Source of the DNA: Octopus vulgaris
Taxonomy: Eukaryota
Length of the DNA: 64,000 nucleotides
Assembly (NCBI GenBank): GCA_951406725.2
Contig: OX597815.1
Location: forward strand, 131,440,001-131,504,000
Reading direction: 5' to 3'
This document shows, in pieces, positions 1-14,274 of this stretch; position 1 is the first letter of the stretch, and the number at the start of each line of letters is the position of its first letter. Position numbers and translations under genes: made by a program. The notes beneath the pieces are model-generated. The model was not told where the DNA came from. It made no database searches and saw only the letters and a list, made by a program, of their open reading frames with translations.

Positions 1-264
1 TGCATATTTATTCTTTAAACGTCTAGGCAGGTTCGGACGTAAAATATTATGGTTACCGTAGTGTACGTCATAGAATAATATCTCTCTTTTACGACTACAG
101 CGCGTTCAACATACTTGGTTTAATGGCGCACAAAATTCTGGATCCCAGTTGTTTCGACATGTGTATCGTCAACGAGAAGCAACTGGAAGTTTGAATCTAT
201 ACTAAGCCGCTGGCTTTCCTTATATTTTCAGCGAAAATATTGTTTGCTGATCGAACACAAAATG

Positions 265-480
265 ATCCTTTCTACTAAAGGCATAACGCCTGAAAACTAT
301 AGGGAGGAGGCTAGTTAATTATATCAAATCCAGGGCTCAAAAGTTACTTTATTTATCGACTCCGAAAGTAGAAGTAGCAAGGTCAACCTCGGTGGTATTT
401 GAACCCAGAACGTGAAACCGGAAAAGCTGCTGCTAAATATTGTGCCTGAAGTATTAACGATTCTGCTAGCTCGCTGCCAT
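265..480 (-). mobile_element. Degenerate tRNA-type SINE (family A)
   Basis: Reverse complement resembles the SINE copies at 6355-6570 and 19628-19810 (ggcagcgagctagcagaatcgtt...ttctgggttcaaatacc...gtcgataaa). Confidence 0.6.
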
Positions 481-1689
481 AAAAAAACAAAATGATAAGA
501 TATATTGCGCTTTATAATAGTAGATCTATTATAGCTGTTGGTTTAAAGGAAAGCTAAACAAAGCTTTGAAAAAGGCCTTACTTTTGTTAATGCATTAACT
601 GTAAAAATGAAGTGAAATATGTGAAACCAGGAATAAATATCCCTGGATACGCTGATAGTCTACCACATATAACTTTATGGCAAACATGTGTTAGCTGTTT
701 TGCTCAGTTACATATGTGAAAACTGAGACAATAAACAATATGTTTCTTTTTGCAAACAACATTAAGACCAAGAACAGCAGATCTACTACTTGTTCAATAT
801 CACAAACATCATTTTATAGCTATAAAGCAAAAGTGAGCGTAGTATTTAATTACTTTGGGACGTCATTCGACTAGAACTGTTGGGAATAAATGTTCCCAGG
901 ATGTCATTTACATCAAATTATTCTTGTTGAATTATCTTTATGTCTAATGCCATACTACCTATATATAGATACAAAAATTAGTTCAAGCTTTCTTTTTCTT
1001 ATTAATCTTCTTATCGTTTAGTCGAAAATATATATTTAAGATATCTAGAGGTACTTCGGGAGTAGAACTTTATAGAGGTAAAAAACAGTAATAACAAAGA
1101 TCATCAACTTTATTAACCCTAAAATGCAGATGCACTTAGTTCTATGATCCGGAGCATAGAGTTAAACATCAATGAATTTCCGGTTACCATTTCTTTGATT
1201 TCAGTTAGTTAGCTTTACATCACAAACAAACAACTTCATCATCAACTTTCCGCGATGCCACAGTAAGGACAACAGGGTCTACCGGTTATAAACCTGATAA
1301 GGTTGAGAAGCCCATCGGATATACTAAGTGGAAGTGAAAAGATCTGCTTCGTCCCTCTCTTATTTGGTTTTGCGTGTTTAGTGTTGATTTTCTCACTGAA
1401 AACCAATGCCATGCTCACTGGTTGCATCTGTCAACCTTCGTGTCTATGTTTCAGCTCTTTACACTACACAAAACACAGCCGGCAATCTCTATGATGGCTT
1501 TCTCTCTTTCTATCTCTTTCTCTCTCTCTCTCTCTCTCTCTCACTCTCTCTCTTTAGCACGAACACTATTGGAGACTAATAACTAGAGAAGCTTCTGTTA
1601 TTTGGCAATTTCAGTGACTCAGTAGGTGTCACCCATGACTCCTGGCTATGTTTCTCAGCGTACCCCTTTCTTCCTCGTTCTCACTTTCT

Positions 1690-1779
1690 TTTTCTCCTCC
1701 TCCTCCTCCTTCTCCTCCTCCACATCATCAACATCATCATTGTCGTCATCGTCATCATCATCATCAACATCATCATCAA

Positions 1780-1820
<41 letters not shown>
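1690..1820. repeat. (TCC)n/(CAT)n trinucleotide microsatellite
   Basis: Read directly; source of the poly-S, poly-H and poly-D ORFs. Confidence 0.95.
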
Positions 1821-4207
1821 CGATCAGCAACGTTAATAACTCCGCCGTCAACGCTTACGAATACTACCATCAATATCAATGCACCCGCCATCACCAACCT
1901 CTCTTACTAACAAACATTTACATCATTGTCTGTTTATACAGTTCAATGAGGTCTGTCAGCATTTTTACTAAATCATTTTCTAATCGATATCTTCTATTAA
2001 ACCGACGTTGGTTGGTTTTAATTTCAATTGTACTTATTGTTGATTATCCAAAAGTTTGTTACTTTATTTGATAAACACTAACAATAATCCACCATGGACC
2101 ATATCATTACATAATTTTCAATACTTCATCATTAATGAAAGACGTAAAGTCTAAGTAATCGGATAAAGTTTATATTCCTGCACAGTTCTTGCATCTTTTA
2201 TTGTACAAGTCACTGAACTCAGCTTGCCTAAGGTTTTATTCCTGAGTGACAAAACATTATTTCGCCATTAATCATCGTTTAGTAGTTGATATCATCTTCA
2301 AAGTGTAATTACAGATTTTACAATTCAATAGAAAATCTATGATTGTAATTAGATTCATTCTATTTGATTATTTAGTGTTAGCTATTTATTGGCTGAAGGG
2401 TCAGTAGTTCCAATCTTGTAATTAGAGTGAAACAGAACTCATGGCTAAAAGGCCGTTGAACATTAATGAAATTGTGTGTAATTGTAGAGATAAAGAGGCG
2501 CGTTTAACTATTGTTGTAAGAAATATCAGCACACATCAGTGATATATGCTTGGTTTCTGAACCCTGCTTTGTAGAATTAATGAAACATTTGTCACAAACC
2601 AACAGTAGAAAGTGAGAAAGGCAACTAGTAAAAGTAATTGGGAATATTACATTACATGGCTAAATTTCTCTCATAGAGTTAATTGCAATGATTATTTCAA
2701 ACACGTTCATATTTTTCATTTTAAATTCAATCATTCCTGTCTCAATTTGTCTTCAGGTCCTAAGAATGGATTTTAATAAAAAAAAAACCCAACAAATTAT
2801 TGTTCATAACATGTTTCAATGTTCTTTCATCTTGTACAAGCATAAAATACGTCGAAGATTGTGACCACATAACAATTTTCAAATAAAATATAAATGTATA
2901 TGTATATATGGTGGAACGGAGAACCCAGGATGATTAGGATTTGGAGTGTTCCATTAATGACCATAGTTTCCATTTCTAGACCAGGAGATGTGGTGTGATC
3001 TTAAGCGAGTCACTTCTTTTTAAGTTATTCAATGTCTACTCAATTGTAATGGATAAAACCGGATTCTCGTGCAAGTTTATCTATTTCAAGTTTCAAACCC
3101 TGGACTTTCCGATTTTCAATTGTGAAAAAGATATGGAAATGTTAAAGATGTTTTCATCCTTGTCTTTTATTCCTCGTCACTCCTAATTATAAATCCAGAG
3201 CATTGTGGCATTATATTTCTTTGCTATCAGCGTCATGTTTACTTTACTTGTCTTACCACCACCATAATAAATATAGTAAGCATAAAAGAGGAAAAGACAG
3301 TTTTTTTGTATTTTATATCTACAAATAAGTGATATTTATTACAAGAAAATGTAATTTATTGCTTGGATAAATCTAAAATAAATCAGGCAGGCGTAAATCT
3401 TACTTCATGTTTCGTAGTTCAGTATACGATGTTGTATGTGCGGTCATTGAATTTCAGTAAGGTCGCCAAAACAATGAATGAGAAAAAACAGAAGAATACG
3501 GAAAAAATACGGTAGGACGGATGACACAAACATATGAGAAATGTATTAAGATCGACGAAAAAATTACTGCCAATAATCTTAGATTGTTTTATGACATGAA
3601 TTTTGTAAATAATAGTATTGTTGGTTATTGGTTTCTAATGAGCCAAATACTAGTGCCCGATACACCCATATCGCGTGAACAGCCAAATTTATGTATGTAT
3701 ATATATTATGGCCCCAGAATCAGGTGTGCCGTGATTGTCAGTTCATCTCGAGGACCATGGATCGCTAGTAATCTCGGTGCTTTTGTCATCTCCGCGAAGC
3801 TGAGGATCCGGAGATCAGCTTCCACTACTGGTATCTGTGTATACATGTTTGTATTTTGATATTTCGCTGAGGCAAAAACGATACTTATAGTATGGTATTA
3901 GTACTGAATATGTATATGCTTGTGATCCAAGCGTCAGTCGAATACAGAACAGTAAGAAGAAATTAGAACGACAAATGAATAAACATTTGTACTAGGAACT
4001 TCATTATCTTCCAGTTCTTTTTGTTATAAACTGCAATGCACTCATAGTTAAATGCTTGAGCATCACCCTCTATCTTATATATATGTTCGTATTAAGATAG
4101 CAAATCATACAGTGTTTGATAAACTTAAATCTCATAGAAATGTTTTGAATGGCACAACAATGCAGAATGGACTTTAATAAATGTAATAATTTAATTATCC
4201 ATAGTCT

Positions 4208-4256
4208 GATATAATAATAATATTTTAGAATACAAAACTGTCTTCTTCAGATATCC
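4208..4256 (-). ncRNA. Degenerate hammerhead-like motif 3' of a Penelope fragment
   Basis: Minus strand: gatat-CUGAAGA-aga...tct-AAAA (GAAA mutated)-tattattat-UA-tatc. It lies where a 3' pLTR would be expected. Confidence 0.35.
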
Positions 4257-4499
4257 CTAGGAATTGATCGAGTCACTGCTATAATCGGTTTTCCAACGGT
4301 TAATGAATTTTTTTTCCAGAAGTGTCTCTGCAGTGGTCTCACGAAGCTCCTTCCGGAATTCCTCACGAGAAATGCGTGAAGGCGGCCTTGCCTCAAGTTC
4401 GTGCGGGTTGGCACATCCGCAACGCTGCTTCTAAGTTATGTATTATACATGCTGTTTCTTTTCCAGTCTTTTTTCCTATAACATGAGCATGTTGTCAAA

Positions 4500-5190
4500 A
4501 ACTGAACCTACACGCATCCAGATGTAGCTAAATGATATATTGACAGCTTGTTGTTAATATGGGGGCCTAGACTGTTCATGAGGATAGCTTCCTTAATTCT
4601 TAGATTACCCGAATTTCTTTCATTGGCCTCAGTTGGGACTGTTATGCTTTTGTCGGTGGTCCGGCATTTATCCAAATGTTTTCTGAAGGAAGAGTCTCTC
4701 GTGTTCAGATATTCTTTGCGAATGTGTAACGGTCTTGTGCTACCCACATAAAACTTGTTGCATTTGTTTCATTGTGTTCTATACAAAACATTTACCCGTT
4801 GACATAAATCTTTGTCACAGATGGGACAGTTAGCTAGTGTGCGTTGATTGCTAAGTTTTTTGCTAGGTGTCTTCACAGAGAGAGGCCAGAGCGGGCTAGT
4901 TGTAGTCTAATCCTTCTCTTCTTATGGCTTTTCGGATGCTTGTAGTTATCCTCTCGCTAAAATGGGGTATTTTAAGAAGTATGTGTTGCTGGATTTCCTG
5001 TATGTTCGGCGTGCTTGTCATCTTGAATACTTGAGCCGATTTTCAATGGATATAGGGTACCCGTTGGTTTTCAATATTTCATAATAAATGTTAATACCAC
5101 TCCAACTGTTACTTCGTTATTTCCTATACATTAATTGCATAGGATCGATGAAATTATCATGTAATTAACCTGATTATGCAATGAATCAAC
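4500..5190 (-). mobile_element. Degraded Penelope-like element 3' fragment (GIY-YIG endonuclease)
   Basis: ORF 4508-4747 and its upstream read CPICDK...CNKFYVGSTRPLHIR...SSFRKHLDKC...EAILMNSLGPHIN, the layout of a Penelope GIY-YIG domain; stops and frameshifts present. Confidence 0.7.
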
Positions 5191-5205
5191 TTCTTAGAGA
5201 AGGCA

Positions 5206-5288
<83 letters not shown>

Positions 5289-5559
5289 CTGGTATTCCTA
5301 TGTACCGATATTACAACTGTTTGAATTATAACCTTCACTGCATGTCGATTCTTCATGAAAGTTTAGAATATGTCTGCATCACAGTTAACAGTTAACAAAT
5401 AAGTCAAGCGAGTTAGATATAAAGTAAATTAGAGAAATCGCAAATGATAGATTATCAAATTCTCTCCTTCCTTACTCTTTCAGTATCTAATTTCTTTTTA
5501 CTCTCTGTCACTTCCGATAGGTGCATTTTCTGCCAAAAGTGTGTAATATACTTCGTGGT

Positions 5560-5770
5560 TAGTCCACATTGCTCCATAAGGAACATAGGGCCAGCTTCCC
5601 GGTTTCTCTGGCGTACATATTCCTCCCTGAATGGGACGCCAGAACATCACAGGATTACTCTTTTTTTACCAGCTGAATGAACTGGAGCAACTTCAAGTGT
5701 TTTGCTCAATGATACAGCGCATCGCCCAGTCCAGGGATAGAAACCCCAATCTTACGATCATGAGTTTGTT
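5560..5770 (-). mobile_element. Degenerate SINE (family C)
   Basis: Minus strand has a tRNA-like head remnant followed by ttgagcaaaacactt...gttgctccagttcattcagctg; homologous to 44640-44890. Confidence 0.5.
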
Positions 5771-5800
5771 CATGACAGAAGCAAAATTTCGATAGTGATA

Positions 5801-6570
5801 AGGCGGTGAGCTGACAGAAACGTCAGCACACCTGGTGAAAAGCTTTGCAGTATTTCGTCTGTCCTTGTTTGTCCTCTCTGTGTTTAGCTCTTTGTGGGTA
5901 GTAAAGAAATAGCTATTTCGTCTGCCGTTACGTTCTGAGCTCAAATTCCGCCGAGGTCGACTTTGCCTTTCATCCTTTCGAGGTCGATAAATTAAGTACC
6001 AGTTATGCACTGGCATCGATTTAATCGACATAATCCGTTTGTCTGTCCTTGTTTGTCCCCTCTGCGTTTAACCCCTTGTGGGCATTACAGAAATAAGAAG
6101 CGTTAGCACGCCGGATGAAATACTTAGCGGTATTTCGTCTGTCTTTACGTTCAGAGTTCAAATTCCACCGAGGTCGACTTTGTCTTTGATCCTTTCGGGG
6201 TCGAAAAATTAAGTATCGGTTGCGTACTGGGATCGATCTAACCGATTAGCCCTCTTCCCCAAAATTTCGGGCCTTGTGCCTAGATTAGGAAAGAATATTT
6301 TGGTAGTGATTCACCGATTCAACGCCTTGTAGAAAAGAATATTTATGTACGATAAGGCGGTGAACTGGCAGAAACTTTAGCACGTCGATTGAAATACTTA
6401 GCGGCATTTCGTTTGTCTTTACGTTCTGAGTTCAAATTCCACTTTGGTCGACTTTGCATTTGATGCTTTCGGGGTCGATAAATTAAGTACCAGTTGCGTA
6501 CTGGAGTCGATCTGATCGACTGGTCCCTCCCCTAAAATTTCGGGCCTTGTGTCTTGAGTAGAAAAGAATA
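5801..6570 (+). mobile_element. Tandem cluster of 3-4 partial or complete tRNA-type SINEs (family A)
   Basis: Repeated units aggcggtgagctg.cagaaac...gttctgagttcaaattcc (B-box-like) and gtcgactttgcctttcatcctttcggggtcgataaattaagtacc, with cores near 5956, 6173 and 6447. Confidence 0.85.
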
Positions 6571-7349
6571 TTTTGGTAGTGATTCAGCGATTCAACACCC
6601 ACTTGTTTGTTGGTTATTAATACTATTTTCGGCTGCGGTGATGTTAGAGATGGTTGTATAAATGGGAGTGGTGTTAACGAAAACAAGTGTTGTTTCGCAG
6701 TTCAAACTTTATAAATTTGTTTCAGTCAATAGAATCATTTGTTAACATCAATTAAAAATAGGATAATATTCCTCTAGAATCTGAAATACGATATTTTCAA
6801 TTCATTGAAATCGTAAGAATGGTTTTAATTCATTTGCTTCTTTTGACGGCGGTTGTTTGTAAACTAGTTAGCTTACTTCTTCATGAAATTGGAAATTTCA
6901 GGATTTCTTAATTTGTATCAAACTGGTTTTTATTATTTTATACTATATTTTGACTGTTTTTTTCTTCTTTTACTTAAATTTCGAACAATAGTTTGAGCAA
7001 ATAAACAAAATTAACTTTATCGCATCGAATAACCAAATTATTCAATTATCCGGTAGGTATTTAAACGCAAAGTATTCTGCAGGCATACACATTCACACAC
7101 GCCCACACACACACACACACATAAACAAACGCACATACACGTACATACACATGCACGCACATACAAAAACCCACTCACACACGCAAACACTCACACACAT
7201 ACAAACACTTGTACATTCTGAGAGGAACGAAGCAGTACCCAACACACTGCTTTCAGAGTCTGCAGATGCAATGTGCAGATCTTTTTACCTTGACTGAATC
7301 ACTGATACATACGTACATACATACGTACATACATACATACATACATACA

Positions 7350-7408
<59 letters not shown>

Positions 7409-7456
7409 GGGTGTGGTTTGTATATATGTATATGTTTGTGTGTCTATTTGTGTTCT

Positions 7457-7738
7457 TTTGCCAAACCGCTGATGTACGGGACGTAAACACACCAGCATCG
7501 GTTGTCAAGCGATGGTGGGAGGACAGACAAACACAAACACACACACGCGCACGCACACACACACACACACACACACACTCACATATATATATATATATAT
7601 ACGACGGGCTTCCTTCAGTTTCCATCTACCAAATCCACTCACAAGGCTTAGAAGACACTTGCCCAAGGTGTCAAACAGCAGAACTGAACCTGGAACCATG
7701 TGGTTTATAAGCAAGCTACTTACCACACAGCCACTCCT
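7457..7738 (-). mobile_element. tRNA-type SINE with internal (TA)/(TG) microsatellite (family B), partial
   Basis: Reverse complement of ggagtggctgtgtggtaagtagcttgc...ttcagt...cttgggcaagtgtcttct; same family as 58421-58810. Confidence 0.85.
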
Positions 7739-8074
7739 ATATATATATATAATGAACGGTACTACAAGTAGTACAAGTATGCTAAAAATAGCAGTGAAAA
7801 CAACTCAAAACCACAGTTTTCACTTGTACACAAGGGGAAATCAAGAGAATGAGTAGTAAAATTTTAAGACCCCTGTACCACAGACGAAAGGAATGGAAAA
7901 TGGAAACCAGACATATCCATATTACAGTGATTTCAAACTTTGTAAATGATCACTCTGTTATCGTCAGTGAATAATGCTAATCCAGGGCCAAAATCAGGCC
8001 CGCTTTGTCCATGTGCTCGATAATCATTCTTAATGCCGCTGAAAATTTAAAAAGATATATATATACATATATAT

Positions 8075-8274
8075 CTTTTACTTGTTTCAGTCATTTGACT
8101 ACGGCCATGCTGGAGCACTGCCTTTAGTCGAACAAATCGATCTCAGAACTTATTTATTGTAAGCCTAGTACATATTCTATTGGCCTCTGTTGCCGAACCG
8201 CTACGTTACCGGGACGTAAACACACCAACATCCGTTGTCAAGCGATGATGGAGGGACAAACATATGCACACAAG

Positions 8275-8351
<77 letters not shown>

Positions 8352-8510
8352 GACAGGCTTCTTTCAGCTTCCCGCTACCAAATCCACTCAATGCTTTAGT
8401 CGGCCCAAGTCTATAGTACAAAACACTTGCCCAAGGTGCCACGCAGTGGGACTGAACCCAGAACCATGTGATTGGTAAGCAAGCTTCTAAACCATACAGC
8501 GACTCCTGCG

Positions 8511-8512
<2 letters not shown>
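8075..8512 (-). mobile_element. Full-length SINE (family B)
   Basis: Reverse complement runs from the head ggcgcaggagtcgctgtatggt to the tail tgactgaaacaagtaaaag; flanked by (TA)n. Confidence 0.9.
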
Positions 8513-8566
<54 letters not shown>

Positions 8567-10582
8567 TAGATAGATAGATAGATATACATAAAGAGAGAGA
8601 GAGAAAGGGGGATAAAGTGTCGAAAACAACTGTGTAAACGCTTTAACAGCTGATAATTCAGCATAGGGCGTGCCATAATAACTATCATGTATCTTTCGTG
8701 CTCGGTAATCTGGTGGACGATTGTAGCAAGCTGAATTCCAGTTATAATTTGAACTTGTAAAAGTGCTGTTCAGTAGTGTCAAGGACACGAATCGTTCCAA
8801 AACATTTGAAGGGAGAGATAAAAAAAAAGGGGGATTGATCTGTGTGATACTACTTAGCAATTGTTGTTACTTTGCTCACGTTACAGAATACGGAAATTTA
8901 TCAGATGTTCTTGAGTAGTAGGTTTCAACGTTTTTAATATCCAGGTCAGATATAAAAACCTAGATTTTGCTAGGGTGCTGCACCAGAAAAAAATAAAGCA
9001 TTAGCTAATGAATGACAAAAATTATAAATATTAAGCAAGAGGAGACCGTTGAGAGCCTCCGGAAGTATGCTTGAGGATCACAGCTCAAGACTGCTGTTCT
9101 TCATTACACTGATTTTTCTGTTCAAATGGGGAGCTTAAACACGCGCATCAGAGATTTAATTGAACCCTAAGGCATTTCGTGATTTTTGTGCGCGTTTAAT
9201 TTTTCTATTGTATTTATAGCGTCCAATGAAAGGAAGGAGTCAAAATCATAGTCCAGGAAGAACAAGTGTATTTCATGTTTTGTATTAATGCCTCATGAGT
9301 GTATTATTTTGTTCATGGCCAGTTTTCGACAAATATTGAATAAAAAATTCCACATGATGCCAAATTTTCAATATTATTTGATGTTGTTTCATTTTGATCT
9401 GTCAAATGAGTACACCAGATTGATCAGTTTATTGTTGGGATTTTTCTCAAACTTTCACATATCAAATGAATTTATGTGAACTGCTGAGGGGGATGGATCT
9501 TCTAATGTTGCTGTGTCTGGAATGCCTTCGTATGCTTACAAACTGTTGCGATAGTAGCTTGACGAAATAGAGATATCTATCAAATGCTCTAAATATATTT
9601 ACACATCATCTTAACTATTCACATCTATGTGTGTTGTGAGAGTGGTAAAATTGATTTCATTAATTTATACCGTATTAGATGGCATATAAAAATATAAAAT
9701 TCACTTTTAAGCAAAAAAAGATGTTAAAACAAAAATACCCCGGGACAAATATCCGAAGCTTACATTAAATATTACATACTTTAATGCACTAAAAACCTCA
9801 TCTTCCTGAATATGCGCTGCGGAAATCAGGGTGCATCTGATATGCGCATGCGATTTTTATGCCATTAAATACAGCAATATGTAATCTTTTTAAAGCTTGG
9901 TGCTGCAATATTATATGAGGTTTCGAATTTCTGATTGTTATCATGCTTGATGAATTCCGTTTAATGACCAAACTTACAGCTCTTTCATCTCTTTGGTAAG
10001 TAAAGTTATACTTCATGTAATGCTTCCTAACAATCCTGTTAGGCTTTTCATTTACTTTATAACCGGAGTAAATTTGCTCTATGTAATATATTTTGTGCAG
10101 AGAACGTTAGTTATTTGCAATTCTATATGAATTATTGGTGTGCAGTTTTTCCATAAATACATTCATTATAGTATGCTTTCGTGCATTGCTATAAATATTA
10201 ATTAAAAGTCACCTATTCCAGCAATCCCTGCATAGTGAATAATTTGATTGGATCGTATTACAGTGTTATTTAGAACAGCGATTTTTATGAACGGAATTGT
10301 ATATCTAATGGCTCAATTACTGATGATTGAGAGGAAAGCACATTTATATACATATATGTATTCATACATACGTATGAGTGTACCTACATACATGCATACA
10401 TATATATATGCGTGTGTGTGTGTGTGAGTGTCTGTACACATGTAATTTGGGGTGGGACATAGCTATATTTAAAAACAAACATTAATTAGAGGAACTAGGT
10501 AAATTTATGGAGAATATCGTCTTTATTTCTGCTGCAAGGAAAAGATGTTTCTTTAGCCTCAAGACTCGTGTGCCTTTCCTTC

Positions 10583-10584
<2 letters not shown>

Positions 10585-10663
<79 letters not shown>

Positions 10664-10772
10664 GATCGATCCATTGATCGATCAATCTATCTGTCTACTT
10701 ATATAGGGTCTATTTACATATTTTTCATATCTTGCTCTCTTTCTCTCTCTCTCTCGTTCTCTCTCTCTCTCA

Positions 10773-10817
<45 letters not shown>

Positions 10818-10952
10818 TTACAACCAATATGTACGAAGAAAATCATATCTCTATTTTAGATCACACCTTAAAATATAACACTTGTTTCAACTATATTAAC
10901 ATACACACGCATACACACACATATACATACGTACATATATATATACATACAT

Positions 10953-10987
<35 letters not shown>

Positions 10988-11008
10988 TACACACACACAC
11001 ACACACAC

Positions 11009-11056
<48 letters not shown>
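10585..11056. repeat. Compound microsatellite (TATC)n/(CT)n/(TA)n/(CA)n
   Basis: Read directly. Confidence 0.9.
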
Positions 11057-11058
<2 letters not shown>

Positions 11059-11134
11059 GGAAAGTTCACGAAAAAAAAGGTGCTGTACAAAACAAACATA
11101 TATATTAGTATAACGCCCAGGAATTGAAAAAAAT

Positions 11135-11170
11135 CTTTTACGTTTCGAGCCTACGCTCTTCTACAGAAAG
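11135..11170 (-). ncRNA. Minimal type I hammerhead-like motif, atypical core
   Basis: Minus strand: cttt-CUGUAGAA-gagc(gtag)gctc-GAAA-c-GUA-aaag. Stems I and II pair, stem III is the palindrome ACGU, and the core differs from CUGANGA. Confidence 0.5.
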
Positions 11171-13299
11171 GGACACAGAAAAAAAAAACAAGGAGAATAT
11201 ATACATACATATATTTATATATAATTCTCCTATTTATTTATATGTACATATACGTTGTGTGTGTGTGTGTGTGTGTGTGCATGTGTATGTATGTGCGTGT
11301 GTAAAGTGATTTGAGATTGACAAAATCGTTAGAGCGTCCAATTAGATAAAATGTTTTGCTGTATTTGTTACCAATGTTTGCGCTCTGGGTTCATGTTCCG
11401 TCGAGACCATCTCTTAATTTTCCATTCTTTATATAAAAAAAAAAAATCGATGCGTGGCATTTGATTGTCTGTCTTCTTACATGGCAGGGTAGCGTTTCAT
11501 GTTGACTCTTGCTCAAAAACGAGATCGTGATTATTCAGTCATGGAAACTAACTTTGTGAAATTAATCTTTAATTTCTGAAAATCATCTCCCTTTTCTCGT
11601 TTGCTTGTTGCTAACATTTGCCGCCATATGTTTGTATGCTTTCCTTTCTATAGCTAAATATTTTGAATTAAGCATTTTATTTCTTTTGCGTACGGCATTT
11701 TGTACTTCATTATTTTATTAATTATTTAGATTCCCCCATTGACATAGTTCGAGATATTTTCCGAAGCTCATTTCAGTTTTAATTATACAATAATTTAAGT
11801 CAGTTTTAATACAAAAGAGGAAAGTTTTAAGCTATGAGACGCGACTGTGAGACTGTGAGACTGAGGCACGCCGGAAGCATAAGGTCAGTGTCGTCACGTG
11901 AACGGCCGAGGGGCCTTGCCGGAAGAAGAGAAGCGAGGGCTGCCATGTGAAGGGAAGGATAACAAACGTCGGCGTTTTTTGTTTTGGGGTGACTTCGTCA
12001 ATGGAAGGAATTTCCCGTTAGGTTCTGGTTAGAAGTTTGACTCGTAGGACTCCTACAGATATATCCTGCATGGAAAGAATCGACGTTATGAAAGAACCTG
12101 CGGGGAAGCGGAATAGCGGTTCCCACCCCATATCACAGAAATAATAAGTTTGTTCTAGTTGAGTCATATATTTGACCAATGGTTTGAATCTCTATTTTAA
12201 AATATATATAGAATATATATAAACTGTATGTAGACTGTATGTTGTAAAAGATAATCGTATAGAAACTGTACAGTGTGAAGTATCAAACCCATTAGTTTAC
12301 AGTTGTTTAGATTGCACCGACTGTTTGTGACGATGATACATTTGAAGAAAATATCCTGTCACTCTAATGACCACGACATCCAAGTAACGCACACATAACG
12401 ACTCACATGAGTGCATACACACACAGACACACAAACACACACGCACACTTACATTGATACACAAGGAAGTTGAACATTTTAAAAGATACAAATGCACACA
12501 CGCTCAAATTACGTAAAACAGCATAAATATCTACAAATACAGACAAGGAGGCGATTTGTGTGTGTTCACTTAACATGCTAGAAATAGAAGTCGAATCTTA
12601 CTCAAATTAAAATGTAATCGGAAAAAAGAAATACGATTTTCATGGATGGAACATAATTAGCCATACGTATGCTAAATCAGGTCTGACTTGGAGGAGTGAG
12701 AAAGCTACATTACAGTGGAAATACGGACAAGCGCATACACATACACGTACACACATAAACCTAGAAGAGTTATATAGCACATATGCACAGCATATACGCA
12801 CACTCACACAAAACTGGCGCCAGAGTATTCAGTACCCTAACGCAACCCTAAAATATGTGCCACCTATTCTCCCGGCATTATAATGTGCATCCATTCATTT
12901 AGACCTTAAATGTGCATCAATGTTGGTTGGTCAGCCACACCATCTGCCACTCCTTCCAGACCTGCAGCAATGTGCATCCTTTCAAACAGCCGTACAATAT
13001 GTATCCCTCCCTCAACCCTAACATGTGCCACTCCTTCTCCCAGTCCTACGCTGTACAACCTTTTTCTAATTATTTCGTACAATTTTCTGCCGCCATTACA
13101 CTCTTTTACACCGTCTGAAAAATGTGCCCGTCCTGATTAAAGTTAACTTGCGTTTAAGAAATATATAGTCCTGTGATCATGTAGCTCAGTAATTATATCT
13201 ATATACTGGCAAAATTTGAAGATGTGATAAGTCCTAACACCACGAGACCCTACAGATTATTTATCCCCGTCATCTATGATCCTAGCTTCACATCACCTG

Positions 13300-13342
<43 letters not shown>

Positions 13343-14274
13343 ACTCTGTTACCAAGTTTTTATTATCATGTTTTAGTGGGATTAAGTAATTTTGTCTTAG
13401 TTATTAAGAGGTAGGATCACTGCCCCAGATTTTAGTGTTCTAGGTGATAGCGTGGTTTATCTAGTACTTGGTGCCGATGCTAAACACACAGCGCCGCTGT
13501 ACATGGTTGTCAAAGGAAACACATAATCATACTGAAGAGTAAACACATACACACAATGACGCACACTTCAAGCATACACTTATAGATATACGAATACACG
13601 AACTGTCAGTATAACAACGCATCCTATGATACTGCCCACGTGTGAATATAACGCAAACTCTGTTATTTACATGCTTTTAGCCACAGATATTCAAGTACGT
13701 AGAAACTTTGAAAGCCTCGTAAATGTACACAGTAGAGCACCAGACATACAGACAAAACAGCTCACAGATATGTACATCAACACAAAAATATACACATGTA
13801 GAGAATCATATCTGTTTGCTGGCAAATCATATCCTAAGTCAGATTCTAATGAGTATTTCTTTTTTCTCTTTTTGTTTTCTGTTTTAAAACAGCGTTCGGT
13901 AAAACAATGCTGTTTACATTACTGAAAGCTATTTGTAGTCATCTTGCTGTATTACGTTCTATATAACAAAATATTTACTGAGAGACAGACAAACGTCAGA
14001 CCTAATGAAGCTCTTTAGCCTGCTGTCACTGTTCGCCTCAAAGAGCTCTAGACACATTCAAAACTGCAAATAAAATACATATAAAAAAAAAGAAAAGAAA
14101 AAGAATCTGCTTCCGCCCTTTAGGATTTTCAATGTTTTTTTTCTTTTGTTTTTTGTTTAGTATATTCACAACTCTGACAATATGAATCAGAAAACTGTAG
14201 TCAAACGAGATGCATCATTCCCTTGAGCTATCTTCAGCCTTTGGAAAAAGATGTTGCGACTAACTGGTTATCAA

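Noticed and set aside
3385-3455. Hammerhead-like remnants (also near 5305-5360, 15820-15858 and 37575-37600)
   Set aside because: Cores and stems too degenerate to separate from chance in AT-rich DNA.
7209-8860. ORFs with YIYI/HTHT/CVCV runs (recurring across the window)
   Set aside because: Translations of dinucleotide repeats and SINEs.
11830-12130. GC-richer island, possibly an LTR fragment
   Set aside because: No TG...CA ends, partner LTR, primer-binding site or ORF identified.
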